Shown in pieces: positions 41,469 through 52,590 of a DNA stretch of 64,000 bases; position 1 is the first letter of the stretch, and each line of letters opens with the position of its first letter. The notes below the pieces were generated by a model, which saw only the letters and a program-made list of their open reading frames with translations, had not been told where the DNA came from and made no database searches. The stretch lies in assembly GCA_003427395.1 (NCBI GenBank), contig BFEA01000006.1, positions 95,225-159,224 of the forward strand, written 5' to 3'. A program made the translations under genes and the position numbers. The DNA comes from Chara braunii (lineage: Eukaryota; Plantae; Charophyceae).

Positions 41469-42645
41469 GGCACACCCCTTAACTGTTAATATGCAGATCT
41501 TTTATCGCTTTGCAAATACTGCCTGCATGACCTTCTTTTTCTTTTCTTTCTAAAATTTATTTAGTTTATTTCGATTTGTTTTTTTTTTCTTGATGTTTGT
41601 TTTTCATGATTATCATCCGCAAAAAAAAAAAAATGCTAACTTTCCCTCGCTCCCTCTCTTTCTGTCACTTGTTCTCTCCCGCATGTAACTCTTTGTGTCT
41701 GTTTTGCTATTTTTTCCTTTCTTCTCTATCTTTTTGCTCTATTGTTTTTTTTTTTCATCTTCTCTACCGTTTTCCCCCGAATAGAATGTTCAGTAAAAAA
41801 AAAAAAAAAATTTAGAATGTGTGGTCATTACAACTGTATACGTGGGGCGACTTCCCCTCTCGATACAACAATATATACGATACGTTGTATTCAGTTAAAG
41901 ACGGTAGCTAATCTGCAGTAGGTAATCTTGTCCTCGATCGCTTACTCTTTCGCTCGTAACTCGTCATCACTTGTTCTTTGTTTATTCGTTTAGGGGTACC
42001 GACCCAAGTGGCTCGGAGGCCGGCAACAAAAGTCCCCTGATGGTTTAAAGCGTCACGCAGCCAACCCGTGATTCGCGGATCCTCGGGTTCCAAAGGACCT
42101 CACGAGGTCCCCGGACCTGAGGACGATTCGCTTGGGAAATCCTCGGAGCCCGAGGATTTGTACTCGAACTGTTTTCACATTTGTTTTTCGAAAATACGTT
42201 TCGAGGATAGGTGGAACGACGACGAAATCATTGGAGTCGAGTCCCCGAGGAGTGTCTAAGGAGGCCCTTAGGTGGGATGGTTTACCAACCGAGAAGTGTC
42301 TAAGGTCGCCCTTATGGTTTACCAACTTGTATCCTCGAGTAGTCTTGATTTCTCTCTGCATTTAGTGGAACTGGAAGTGAATCGCATAAGCTAACAGGTT
42401 GATGCTGCCGGGATAACTCAGGTTGAAAAGAATAAACCTGGCGCCGCTCACGGCACCGGTAGCAGCACTCGGGACCTAGCGTCGCCGACAAAGTTCGACC
42501 ACGGTGAACCTGTCGGCCGTCAAGTGGTTCTCGCGCCGCCATGACGCAAGTAACCACGGTGAAAGCAACAACCATGGTCTTGGCTATGGCGGCATGATCG
42601 TTTCAAGCCTGCCCCATTTCACCATGACGTAGATACTGCGCCGCC
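41421..42645. repeat. Third, diverged copy of module 13740-14808 / 27725-28793
   Basis: Colinear homology with a ~160-bp indel; this copy is not followed by the LINE. Confidence 0.88.
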
Positions 42646-42649
42646 GAAA

Positions 42650-43169
42650 ACAGCGAATATTTGGGCCCCCGTTAACCATCTTTCCCGCCATTCCACACGT
42701 GGTTAACCAGGGTTGTTATTTTCGACGAATTTTGCACCGACTTGCACTGAAACTGTCATATTGTGCTGATTTTTTGCTTTTTTTTCTTTTTTTTCTTTTT
42801 GTGTGATATATATGTGTTTTAGGATACATCATGTGTGCAGTTTTGACATGTTTTGATCAATAATGAAAAAGTTGGCATTTTGTTGGATTCGTTGGACGCT
42901 TCATTTTGACTCGGACATTGTCTTTGTGTTAGGGTTTCATAGTGTTTTTTTCTTTTTTTTTCCGTTTTTTTTGCCTGTGACCTTTTTTAATGTTTGCACT
43001 ATGGTCTCATATCGTTTGTTTTTAAAACTTTTGATGAAATTCACGCCGCAATTGCCAACGAAAACTGCGTATATTTGGGCCTCCGTTAACCGTCTTTCCC
43101 GTCACACACGTGGTTAACCAGGGGTGTTATTTTCGATGAATTTTGCACCGAATTGCACTGAAACTGTCA
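42650..43169. repeat. ~115-bp direct repeat pair (~42650-42758 and ~43063-43169)
   Basis: atatttgggc..cgttaacc..cacacgtggttaaccaggg..ttgcactgaaactgtca occurs twice. Confidence 0.8.
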
Positions 43170-43187
43170 GGTTCGGGACAGGGGCGG

Positions 43188-44931
43188 TGTCGAGCGCATC
43201 GGTCCAGCACTGCGCGCGGCAGTGCGGGACCCTCTCGGCCGCGTCACGCAGGAGTTGGACCAACCTCGACACGAACACGCAAATGGAGCTTCATTAGGCC
43301 GCTCCGGCCGAGTGCGCCAGCCATACCTCTCGCGAGCCCCTACGACAGGATAGGGCCTACGCGAGGCACAACTTACCTCCACCTTACTGGAGCTGTCACC
43401 TCCCATCGGTGGGTGTATCCCCGCCGAGCTACCAGTCCACAATACGAAAGTTGATCGACTGCAATCGCAGAGGTGGACCAGCCGAGAGTGTTTCTCGTTC
43501 CCTGTAGCATAGGGGGTACGCGCGGTACTACGCCTATTGGACCCGCACGCGAACCGACATCTCGGGGGGCTGAGGTCCCAAGCGCAACTCGTCGTCAGTC
43601 GACTAGGACGCATCCCACACACCACGCGCACACCACTCTAACAACACGGAAATAACAAAATACATACACGCACACGTACGAAACGACACGATAACGCACA
43701 TCACTCTTAACAAATATAAAATAAAAAACACACGCCCACGTACACACGCAAGACAGCACGACACGAACAACGTGATAACGCTCCTAGCCCCTCAGTACCC
43801 AACCCATAACTTTTCCGACTTGGAAATCGGATAGGCGTCGCGCGCGAGACCCGATATAAAACCGCGCGGACACGAGGCTACCTCATATCGACTTGCAATG
43901 CAAATGCGCGCAAGCAGTCGTGATGATGGTGTACTATGTAGTACCTATACTCACGCAGTCCTCGTTAATCTCAAGGGTCGTATTTGACACTCAAGTGTCG
44001 GCTGACACGCGCCTTGAGGGTTAATCTCTCGACGCCAGACAACCGTCATGCGCGGTTGGAGACCACACACCCTCTTCTGCACCCTTATGCAGAGTGGGCG
44101 GTACACAGGCCCATGCCTGTGGTGGTAGTCATCTCTCGCGGCCCTAGGGGTAAGTCCTTCCCGGGCCTAGGCGAAAGTCAAGGGGTTTGACTTTGACAGC
44201 TGTCACGGACTACAACGTCCAACCATAAAAATTTCTAAAAAAAACAAACAAAGCACGCACGAAACCAAAAAGAGGGAATAGGGCAAAGGTCCCCTGGCTC
44301 TTAAAAGGACTTGTGACCTTGGAGCACCCTTCCCCTCTATGGGTGGTGTCGGCGGCCTATAGTAATCCCAAGCACTGCCCCTACGTGCAAGCCCGGCGAT
44401 CCCATAACGTTTAGGCCCTGGGGCGGCGAGGCGTCGCGGCGGGATTCTAACATAAAGCTGAGCGGCCGCAGGCCAATTCTATGCCAACTACCGATGTCAA
44501 TCATACGTGGTAATCGCGGCTCCGGCCTCACGATATTGAATGGCTGAAGGAACACGTTGCGAGGGGTCACCCCTCACGATATTGAACGGCTGAAGGACGC
44601 GCCGCTCAGCCCCCGCCACATTTCCGCCTTCAAGGCGGGGTGTCTCACCGGCCAAAGTAATTAGGCTCTGTGCGAGGGGAAACCCCTTCCCTGCAGAGCC
44701 TAGGGCTTGGGATGTCCTGGATAAGGATCTTGAATCCCGGCTCAGGACCAACCTTCGACTATGAAAGCCCCAAGACGCAAATACGCAGACGAGAGGGTCT
44801 CCCCTACGCCCCTCGACCTCAACCTTTAACCGAGTTTTAACATGGCCTCTTAGGTCTCTCGAGCACTCATCATAGGTATACCCACGTATACATGCATAAG
44901 AAAAATAGAAATGCGAAGATCATTTCTCACA
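43188..44931 (-). repeat. 3' LTR (~1744 bp)
   Basis: Plus strand reads TGTCGAG...TCTCACA. It is colinear with 62370-63905, with an extra ~200 bp at ~44443-44640. Confidence 0.9.
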
Positions 44932-45468
44932 GGACTACACGCACTACACGGAGTCAACCCCGACCATTCTCAATGCTCATACCCCTTCGCTTTAGCCATA
45001 CAAGCCCCAACCGCCGATCCAACCAACCTGAATTAAATACTCAGCACCTTTGTTAAATGACCATTCAATAAAAGTCCGGGTGAAAGCCTTAACAAACAGT
45101 AAAACCACCAGGGCTAAAACCTTTTAGGTTGAGTGTAGAGAGTGAGTTGGAATTGAGTTGGAGACCGACGAATCGGCAACCGACCTGCTATCAGTGATAA
45201 CAGAAGGTGATCCTCAGGGGATCAAGCTGAGTCTAGTCTTGATCTTGAATCAGACACCCTAAAGGACCTGTAACACAAGATAGGTCAAATGCCCAGGCTA
45301 AATCATCAGCATATGGGGGATAAACCTCCACAGCAAATTTTCACTCAAAGCTCCCTGCCAACTAAGTTCAAATCTGCCTCTAAGCTAGTGCCCAAGCAAA
45401 GGTAGACTAATGGCTGAATCTCCCCTATTCAGGGTGGATTGCCAGAATCGCCACCTCTCAAAATATAA

Positions 45469-46075
45469 TCTAACTCCTCTAATTAAGAAAATTTCGGCAA
45501 TGCTTCCCGTAGGAAAAGTGTCTTTTCATAATTTATATAAGCTCGGATATAAAAAACAGGAGTAATCTATAACTCTGGAAAGTCAAATTTTGTCTAACTC
45601 CCTGAATTAGTAGAATTTTGGGCAGCATCCCCTTTGAAATCGGGGATTACCCAGATTTATACCAAGCCAAATTTGGACTCAGCCCATGACTGACTAATTC
45701 CTTGGTTTTATAGAAATTTCGGCAGCACTCCCCTTAGAAAGTGCTCTCCCAAAATTTACATAAGGCTAAGTCTGAAACCTGAGACTAACTTTGGCTTCCC
45801 AAGGCCCAGTTTTATCTAACTCCCTGAATTAGCAAAAATTTGGGCAGCACTCCCTTTAGAAAATGAGACTTTCTAGATTTTTACTAAGTCAGATATAACG
45901 AAAAGACAGGTTGAACTTTAACAAGTCAAAATTTGTCTAACACCTTGAATCTGTAAAAATTTCGGCAGCGCTTCCCATAGAGAAAGTAGCTTAATAGCGA
46001 GTCTCATAAAATGCAATAATCAATCTAAGTAAAATAAAGTCAACTCAGAAAATGCAGGAATTGACCTAACTCCTA
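45469..46075. repeat. Degenerate 100-124 bp tandem repeat (5 units plus a partial)
   Basis: CTAACTCC..GAATTAG..AAATTTYGGCAGCRYTYCC..TAGAAA starting at ~45469, 45593, 45693, 45815 and 45936. Confidence 0.85.
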
Positions 46076-46269
46076 TTGCTCTAGCACGTAGCGAGCCTCT
46101 AAAGCAACTACCTGTCAACCTGAAACCCAGATCAAGTAGTAATCTCACTCAGCCACATACCGGCCAAACCACAAAGGTAAGTACTCTCACCAGCCCCAAG
46201 TTCTTTTAACAAACAATAGTTCATGCTTCCTCAGTAAGTTACCCCTTTATACCCAACTTACATAAGGCA

Positions 46270-47205
46270 TAAGTCGAGGCACCTGAACTTACAGAGCGCG
46301 GCCAACTTAGCCAGGCCTAAAGTCAGAATACCTAAACTTATAGAGCGTTCTGACTTGGCCAAGTATACACAAACAGCGGGTACAACCACTTCTCTCTTCC
46401 TTGGGCGCATGACTAGACCACTCTAGTCCCCCTGAACTGTTTAAATAGCCAAGTTATACATATCTCTCTGGACTTAATTCTTCAAAAGGGACATACGGTT
46501 GAGCCGCTCAACTTAGAACACTGCTCAACCTGCCCAAGTCTGCCTTTGGTTATATTTCTTAGTTATACTCTCTTCTTTGTGATAAGCTATAGCCAGGCTA
46601 CCTAAACTTATAGAGCGGCTTGACTAGCCTGTCCTTAATAGCATAGTAATACAATATAGCCAGGTTATATCCATTGGGTTCCAACATGTACAAGGCATTG
46701 GGTCAGACTACCTGAACTTATAGAGCGGTCTGATACTCTGNCAGGTTCGTTTCTCTCTGGTCNAGTTTGTGCGAGGCAGAGGGACAGGCTACCTAAACTT
46801 ATAGAGCGGTCAGTCCCCTGCCAGGATTATCCCCTCAAAACAAAACAGGAGGAGGGTCAAGCCACCTAAACTTATAGAGCGGTTCAGACCTCCTCATTTA
46901 GAAACAATGAAACAGAAGAAATCCCTTAATAAACAAGGCGACCCAGGGTACCTAAACTTATAGAGCACCCTAAGCCCCTGGAAATCGAGCACAATCAACC
47001 CACGCACGTCAGAGCAGTCAGNACACCTAAACTTATAGAGNGNCNTGACCCTCCATGCAATTCACANCACNAGGTCTCCCCAAACTTATGGGGACATCCC
47101 AGCCTCCAGAGNTTCAGGCTACCTGANCTTATAGAGCGGCNNGAGGCTCCATNCAAACCAATAAACAAAGCGCTGGGCTTCCCCAAACTTATGGGGACCT
47201 CCCAN
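46270..47205 (+). repeat. Array of 11 stem-loops with conserved apical motif ACCTRAACTTAYAGAGC and variable stems and spacers
   Basis: Cores at 46281, 46330, 46600, 46710, 46791, 46864, 46950, 47025 and 47121, plus TCCCCAAACTTATGGGGA variants at 47077 and 47180. Each core is flanked by its own inverted repeat. Confidence 0.9.
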
Positions 47206-49646
47206 CCTTGACGACCCAACCAGTNTGCACACAATANTGCCTTCCTCNNAACCTTACCCCAGATGCAATCCATTTCATTCACAATCTGCTTTNAGGCAAT
47301 CAACAAGCTGAACTGAGATTTGCCCATACATTCCTTTACTTCAATCTGACTTATGTCCTGAGAGTCAAACTCAAAACCAAGTATAGGATCCACACAATAT
47401 ACTCAGTCAAATGAAAGGGGGATGTACCGGTAGGGGTTCTAACGGGTTTATAGAGGGAGTCAAGGGATTACCACTCAGTTCCCTACCTCCAGGACTCCGC
47501 CTGAACCCCGGCAGAGCTCCCGCAATCGGTGGGGCAACCTCCCACAGAGGCCTTGGCGCGGGTTACGGGCCACCCGCCCGCCTGCCGCCTTCCTCTCAGA
47601 GCCAAAAAACTAGACTTAAAGGAAACGATAGATAGAGAGAATTTAAGACCCTCAGATCCCAAGGGGTTGNGCTCANCCTNGNNTGAGAGGGCNTTGATTC
47701 CTTCANTCGCCCGAGGGCCNCGCAATGGCGGCCAAATAGAAGCTGCAGCTTGGTCTGACCGGCAGTCAAATGTCAAAATCAAATTCTCTGATGGCCTTCC
47801 GAACCGCAACAACGACCCCCCTTCGCCACAGCCCACCCAGTCTCCTTTATGGGGGGGCGTAGCAACCCACACAAACAACTGTGTACCCAGGGTTTCGTAC
47901 GCAACAGCAGATTGNTGTGGCGCATAGCAATGCCCTTAGTATCCCCAACCAGCAGCAGCGATAGTTACCGCGGCGCCTTCAGCAGCAGCTGCAACCACAA
48001 CTACCATGGCACCCTCACCAATCAGTTGTAACTGAGCAGGGCTATAACCAGCTTGCTCCACCAACCTTCTCATTAGCGAATACACATCAGGAACACGGCT
48101 AAATATTGGACTTTAAGCAGTTGCAGTAGCTGACCAGTAAGTAGGCCCCCACTCCTTAGCCACTACCTGTGATAAAACAATCAACACGCTAACCCGTAGG
48201 TAGGTCTTCACACCCACGCCCCGCCTTGCTCCTCTTACCCTATGAGGTGGGCAACCTCAGAACGAGGTTCCCTCTGAAAAACGACGAGGTACGCACTCCC
48301 TCGCCTCTGCTGCATCAGGTAAACCTCTGAAATCACAACTTCCCTCCCAGCTTCTGTTAATGGGATATGCAATCTCAGAGTGAGCCTTCAGTCCGAAAAC
48401 CGTCAGGTGCGTGTTCCCTATTTTCTTCCCAGCCTTGCTTTCGTTCCTCTTCTCTCCTGCTACTTTCGAACGTCCCTGGCCAACTCTATGGCCAGGCTCA
48501 TACTCTTACAGCCCCTTCCACGTGCTGGCTCCAGGCCCCTTCGTAGCTCGGCCCCCCTCGTGCGCACAAGCTGGCTAAGAGTAGCCCCCGACCGCACGAC
48601 TGCTCCGTGCTACTTTCGTCGATCGGATAAACAGGATAGAACAAAATCCCCCTCATGAGGTCCGGTACACTGCTCCCCCAAGATGCATCCGGATTCACAG
48701 GGAGAGCCTCCCTCCGGCGGTGGAAAGAGCGTTGTGCCGGGCAACATGTAAGTCTTCAACCCTGCGACAACTCTCACACTTCTGGCATCAACAGGATGGG
48801 CAGCGTCAGAGTGAATCTCCCGCTAGAACGCGGAGAGATACAGTGCTACCAACCGCCATGAGACCCGCGGACCACCAAGGCTACCTTGCTCTATGGGATG
48901 AGCAAGGTCGAATGAACCTACCGCCGGACCCCGGCTAGGTGCACCGGCACTTCAGAGTCCCCCTCCCCTGGCGCAACCTATGAATCTCGCGGCGCCAACT
49001 TCGCCACTCCCGGGACCAGACGGGGCCACCACCAGATTCACGATCTGTCAAACTCCCGGTTTAACTCCTTTGCTCACCCGTCTCTATCGAGGAACGGGTG
49101 AACCACGATTTCTACTCACACCACCTCCCCTCTCACCATAGCCTAGCGCAAACCGTGCCTTACCTTCCTCCTATTCTCCCGTCCTAATCTCAATTGTTAC
49201 CTCATAATCAAATTCGCCCTACCAGAAAATCTCTACTCCGCTTCTCTTCTTGCCTCGTTCTCACTAGGAAGCGGGCAAGATACATAACGTTTGCCTCTCA
49301 CTATGACTGTTTCTGGCATAACTCCTCTCTGCGCACAACTAAACACCGGTCCCGGCCAAACCACCTTTTTTGCGCAAAATCAAACTCCACCTTTAGCTTT
49401 GCAATGTCCGAAAGCCCCTGAATCCCTTGCTTCCTCGCTCGATTCTAGTAAGGATCGAGCGGGCGACACCACCCCAACTGCGCTCGGCTATCTCTTCCCT
49501 TGCCCGCACGCACCCAGCACCGTTTCGCATCCACGTTCGCCCCGTTCCCCTCCTTCTGTTGACATCAACTTACTAATATCCCACTCATAGCGCAACTGCT
49601 AACAGCGGTCCGTCCTCGTAATAACAAGTGAGACAACGGGAGAGTG

Positions 49647-49759
49647 AAAAATCCAAAATGCTCGTCTCTCCCCGATTTATGCGCGTCATTCTTCGCGCAG
49701 GGGCCATGCTTATCTTCTCTGTATCGTCCGGACCTCTGCAGGTCTCTCGAAAGCTTGAC
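49647..49759 (-). ncRNA. U6: U6 snRNA-derived sequence A (catalytic core motifs retained)
   Basis: Minus strand GACGATACAGAGAAGATAAGCATGGCCCCTGCGCGAAGAATGACGCGCATAAATCG vs plant U6 AACGATACAGAGAAGATTAGCATGGCCCCTGCGCAAGGATGACACGCATAAATCG. A UUCG-type 5' hairpin remnant and 3' T runs are present. Confidence 0.9.
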
Positions 49760-49847
49760 TGGGGCGTTGCCCCGCAGTGGCACCAAAGGCCGCACGCCCC
49801 TTTTTGCCCTTTCACACGCACCTGGCTCGATTCCCATCCGGGTTCGG

Positions 49848-49934
49848 TTCCGGATTTTGCATGTGTCATCCTTGCACAGGGGTCATGCAAATCTTTCCCG
49901 TATCGTTCCCATTTTCACAGATGTCGCGAAGGAC
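49848..49934 (-). ncRNA. U6: U6 snRNA-derived sequence B (ACAGAGA box and AGC triad altered)
   Basis: Minus strand GTCCTTCGCGACATCTGTGAAAATGGGAACGATACGGGAAAGATTTGCATGACCCCTGTGCAAGGATGACACATGCAAAATC is colinear with plant U6 from its first nucleotide. Confidence 0.88.
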
Positions 49935-52406
49935 TTCCACCCGCCCGACACCCCGTCCGGGTTCCCTCTCAGATTTCCGCTTGTTGACTACGCCGACTCC
50001 CTCAGCCTCACTCAGACCCTGTCCCAAAGGGGGATCCGCCTCAACGGCAGCCCCACTCACTTAGCCCTCCCCCGCATGAACCCGGCCTCCCCTCTGGGGT
50101 CTATACATATGAACCCTTCACATGGGCCATGCAGATCTCCTCTATGTCATTGCCAGATCTCCCTAGTGGCCACGTCAGCAAGTTGGCCAGCCCATGCGAG
50201 GTTCGGCTTCTTAATTTTGGGCCCCTCGGCCTCCATCATCCGAGTTAGATGGGGGTCTACGCTCCTACAATATATGAGTATACCCAACAAATTGGGCTGC
50301 TGGCCCCAAGCCGTGGTCGTCCGTCCCTCAAACGGCCCTGGCCAAAGCATCAAAAATTGGGATGGCCCCCGGAACAAAGAAGGGAGATCGCTTGGAAGGG
50401 GGGGGGGGGACGAGTCGCGGGTCCCACCGTCGGACTCCCCCAGTACAAACCAGGGGGGGATAGTCCTATGGGGACCCTCGACCCCCTCGGCTTCTTGCCG
50501 CCCCGCTGCTTCTGCGCTGCCGTCTGCCAGCCTCGAACCCCGCACCTCCGTAGCAACAGTCCAACACCGTAACTAGTAGGGCTAAGCCCAAGCCTGGGAC
50601 GTGCAGGCGCGGCCTCTCGCATAAAATGGTACTGCGCGGCGCTCCGGGCCAAGATACCACCCTGGTCGTTCTTCCCTCCTCAACCGTGCGCGCCGTCACC
50701 TAGTATCCACGCCGTCTTGCACGCAGCGCCCTGCGGCCATCACTCACGCCTCTCCACATGTCGGACCTTTTTATCCTTAATCTAATCAATAAACAAAACT
50801 AAACCGGATAATTATACCGGCATCGCGATTAATTTTAAACGGGAAGATCACACGCGCGCCTTAAACTGCGCGCCCACTCACCCTTCCTACTCAGACAACC
50901 TTAGCCTGCATGCGGGCGCCCCCTACATTTTCCGTGTAGGCACTCAAGAATCCAAGTTAACCGAGTCTTTCTGCCACTCACAAAAATCCGGCCGATACCC
51001 TTGTAAGGGTATTCGCGCCGACAGCTTACCGGACCATATTAAGCGACGTCCCCGTCGCTTCGCTAGATCAGAAAACTATAAATTCATTCACACACCGAAT
51101 GCTGACGAGGTTAAAACCAATCCGATTAGCCGACAGACTCAGGGGGGAGGCCTCCATCAAGCCGTGCCAACACAACTATATGCTGTCAGGGTTTCAACCT
51201 GGATCCCCATTGTCATGAGGCCAGGATGCCGGTGTATTACGTATCAATACTACAGCATAAGTTCCAAAGGCCCTCAAACCGTCCTCTTCCCTATTGCCCT
51301 AGACAAACGTCGGTCTCTCGTTGGGTGTTCCAGTTAGCCTCTTTCTCGTAAGCAGAGTCATAACTAGGGACGCGGGCTTCGAATGGGACCTATGAAGGCA
51401 TTTTTTGCCTTCTTCCAGTAAATTCCACACAATCAAACAAAATACACACGTATAAGTTTATAGCCTCTCTCGGCCTTTTCTGCAGTCTAGTACAAAAATG
51501 CCAGGTCCCCATCTGGGCCCACCGTAGCCTGGTTTATCGGACCAGGTCTACGGCCCACCACATTGTTACCTTAGCGGCGGTATCCTCCCGCTGGTTATAC
51601 AACGATAGGCGTTTTTCCTGATAATCAGTCAATCAGGACTTTCCAAAAGACTCGACTCCTATCCCGCGGAGTAATTTCTCTAGGGCGAGCAACTCCCCTT
51701 AAACTCTTACCTCGCGGGCCCGCAGCCAGGTTGTGCCGACTTGCAGCCATCCACTAGGGGTTACGCCCAGGTGGCACTAAACTTTACCGTTAGCTTGGTA
51801 TTCCTTTAAATATGTCTCAGAATTAGCACAGGTGGCCCGGCGGGGCATCACAAACAATTCACAGGCCGTTGGGGGACTACGCAGGGGTCTGAAGGCATTT
51901 ACCGGCCCTCCTATAATAGGCACGGCATCCTTCGCTCAATCACAAACAGTCTCCCCGCCGGATCCACAAGGCCGCAGCTCATGACTTGATCAGAGCCAGC
52001 AGCCGCCCACCCTGAGGCATCTCTCGCCCTTTTCAACAGTTCAAGCAAACATGGTTCCCTCTCGTCAGACTTTATCAACACAAACAATATTTTCCATCCC
52101 AATCAGTTTTACCCACCTTTACTTAGTAAAGTGAGCCTTTCACAAAAGATCTCGCGTTCACCCCTCTTTGTTTGGGATGACCTTTCGCACGGCCTCTTCC
52201 AAAACCATGAAGGGGCCCAACAATAACACAATTCTCACCTTCCAGAACCATGAACGGGGTCTTAGTCACCAAGCAACCCAAGCTGAGGGACCATCTTCTG
52301 GGTCCCTGTACAACGTCAAGCAATAGTGTTTAGTATGACTAAGCATGCAAATTTCTGAATCCATCAATCCCGTAGGATTCTCACAATTTTTCACAAACAG
52401 GCTGCA

Positions 52407-52424
52407 CTCCCCCTCCTTATACTC
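52407..52424 (-). other. Internal polypurine tract (PPT2-like)
   Basis: Minus strand GAGTATAAGGAGGGGGAG followed by TG, ~170 bp downstream of the last ORF. Confidence 0.5.
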
Positions 52425-52590
52425 TGCCCTCTCGTCCGCTTGCAGTACAAGCGGGCAAGGACTCATCCTACCACCCCTAAAGTATGTACACATCTAGGGC
52501 CCCCTCAGCCAACTCAGCCTATGTACACCTCCAACCCGTTCCTTGTGTGCTAAATACTCTGGCCCTATTGGCAAATAGGCAGACCAGCCC

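Noticed and set aside
46270-47205. CRISPR array
   Set aside because: Eukaryotic retroelement context with no cas genes. Spacing is irregular (~44-270 bp) and the flanks pair with each other.
48570-48670. Hammerhead ribozyme on the minus strand (CUCAUGA...CGAAA-GUAGC/GCUAC-UC)
   Set aside because: The core reads CUCAUGA rather than CUGANGA, and no stem I can be formed.
49935-49965. U1-like word ACCCGGACGGGGT upstream of U6 copy B, and U2-like CTCGGCCTTTT at ~51469
   Set aside because: Matches are only 11-13 nt and do not extend.
49644-50576. 310-aa plus-strand ORF
   Set aside because: It is antisense to the U6 copies, Pro/Ser-rich and has no recognisable motif; likely a chance ORF in GC-rich DNA.
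51100-51135. Hammerhead-like CUGACGA-GGUUAAAACC
   Set aside because: No GAAA follows stem II.
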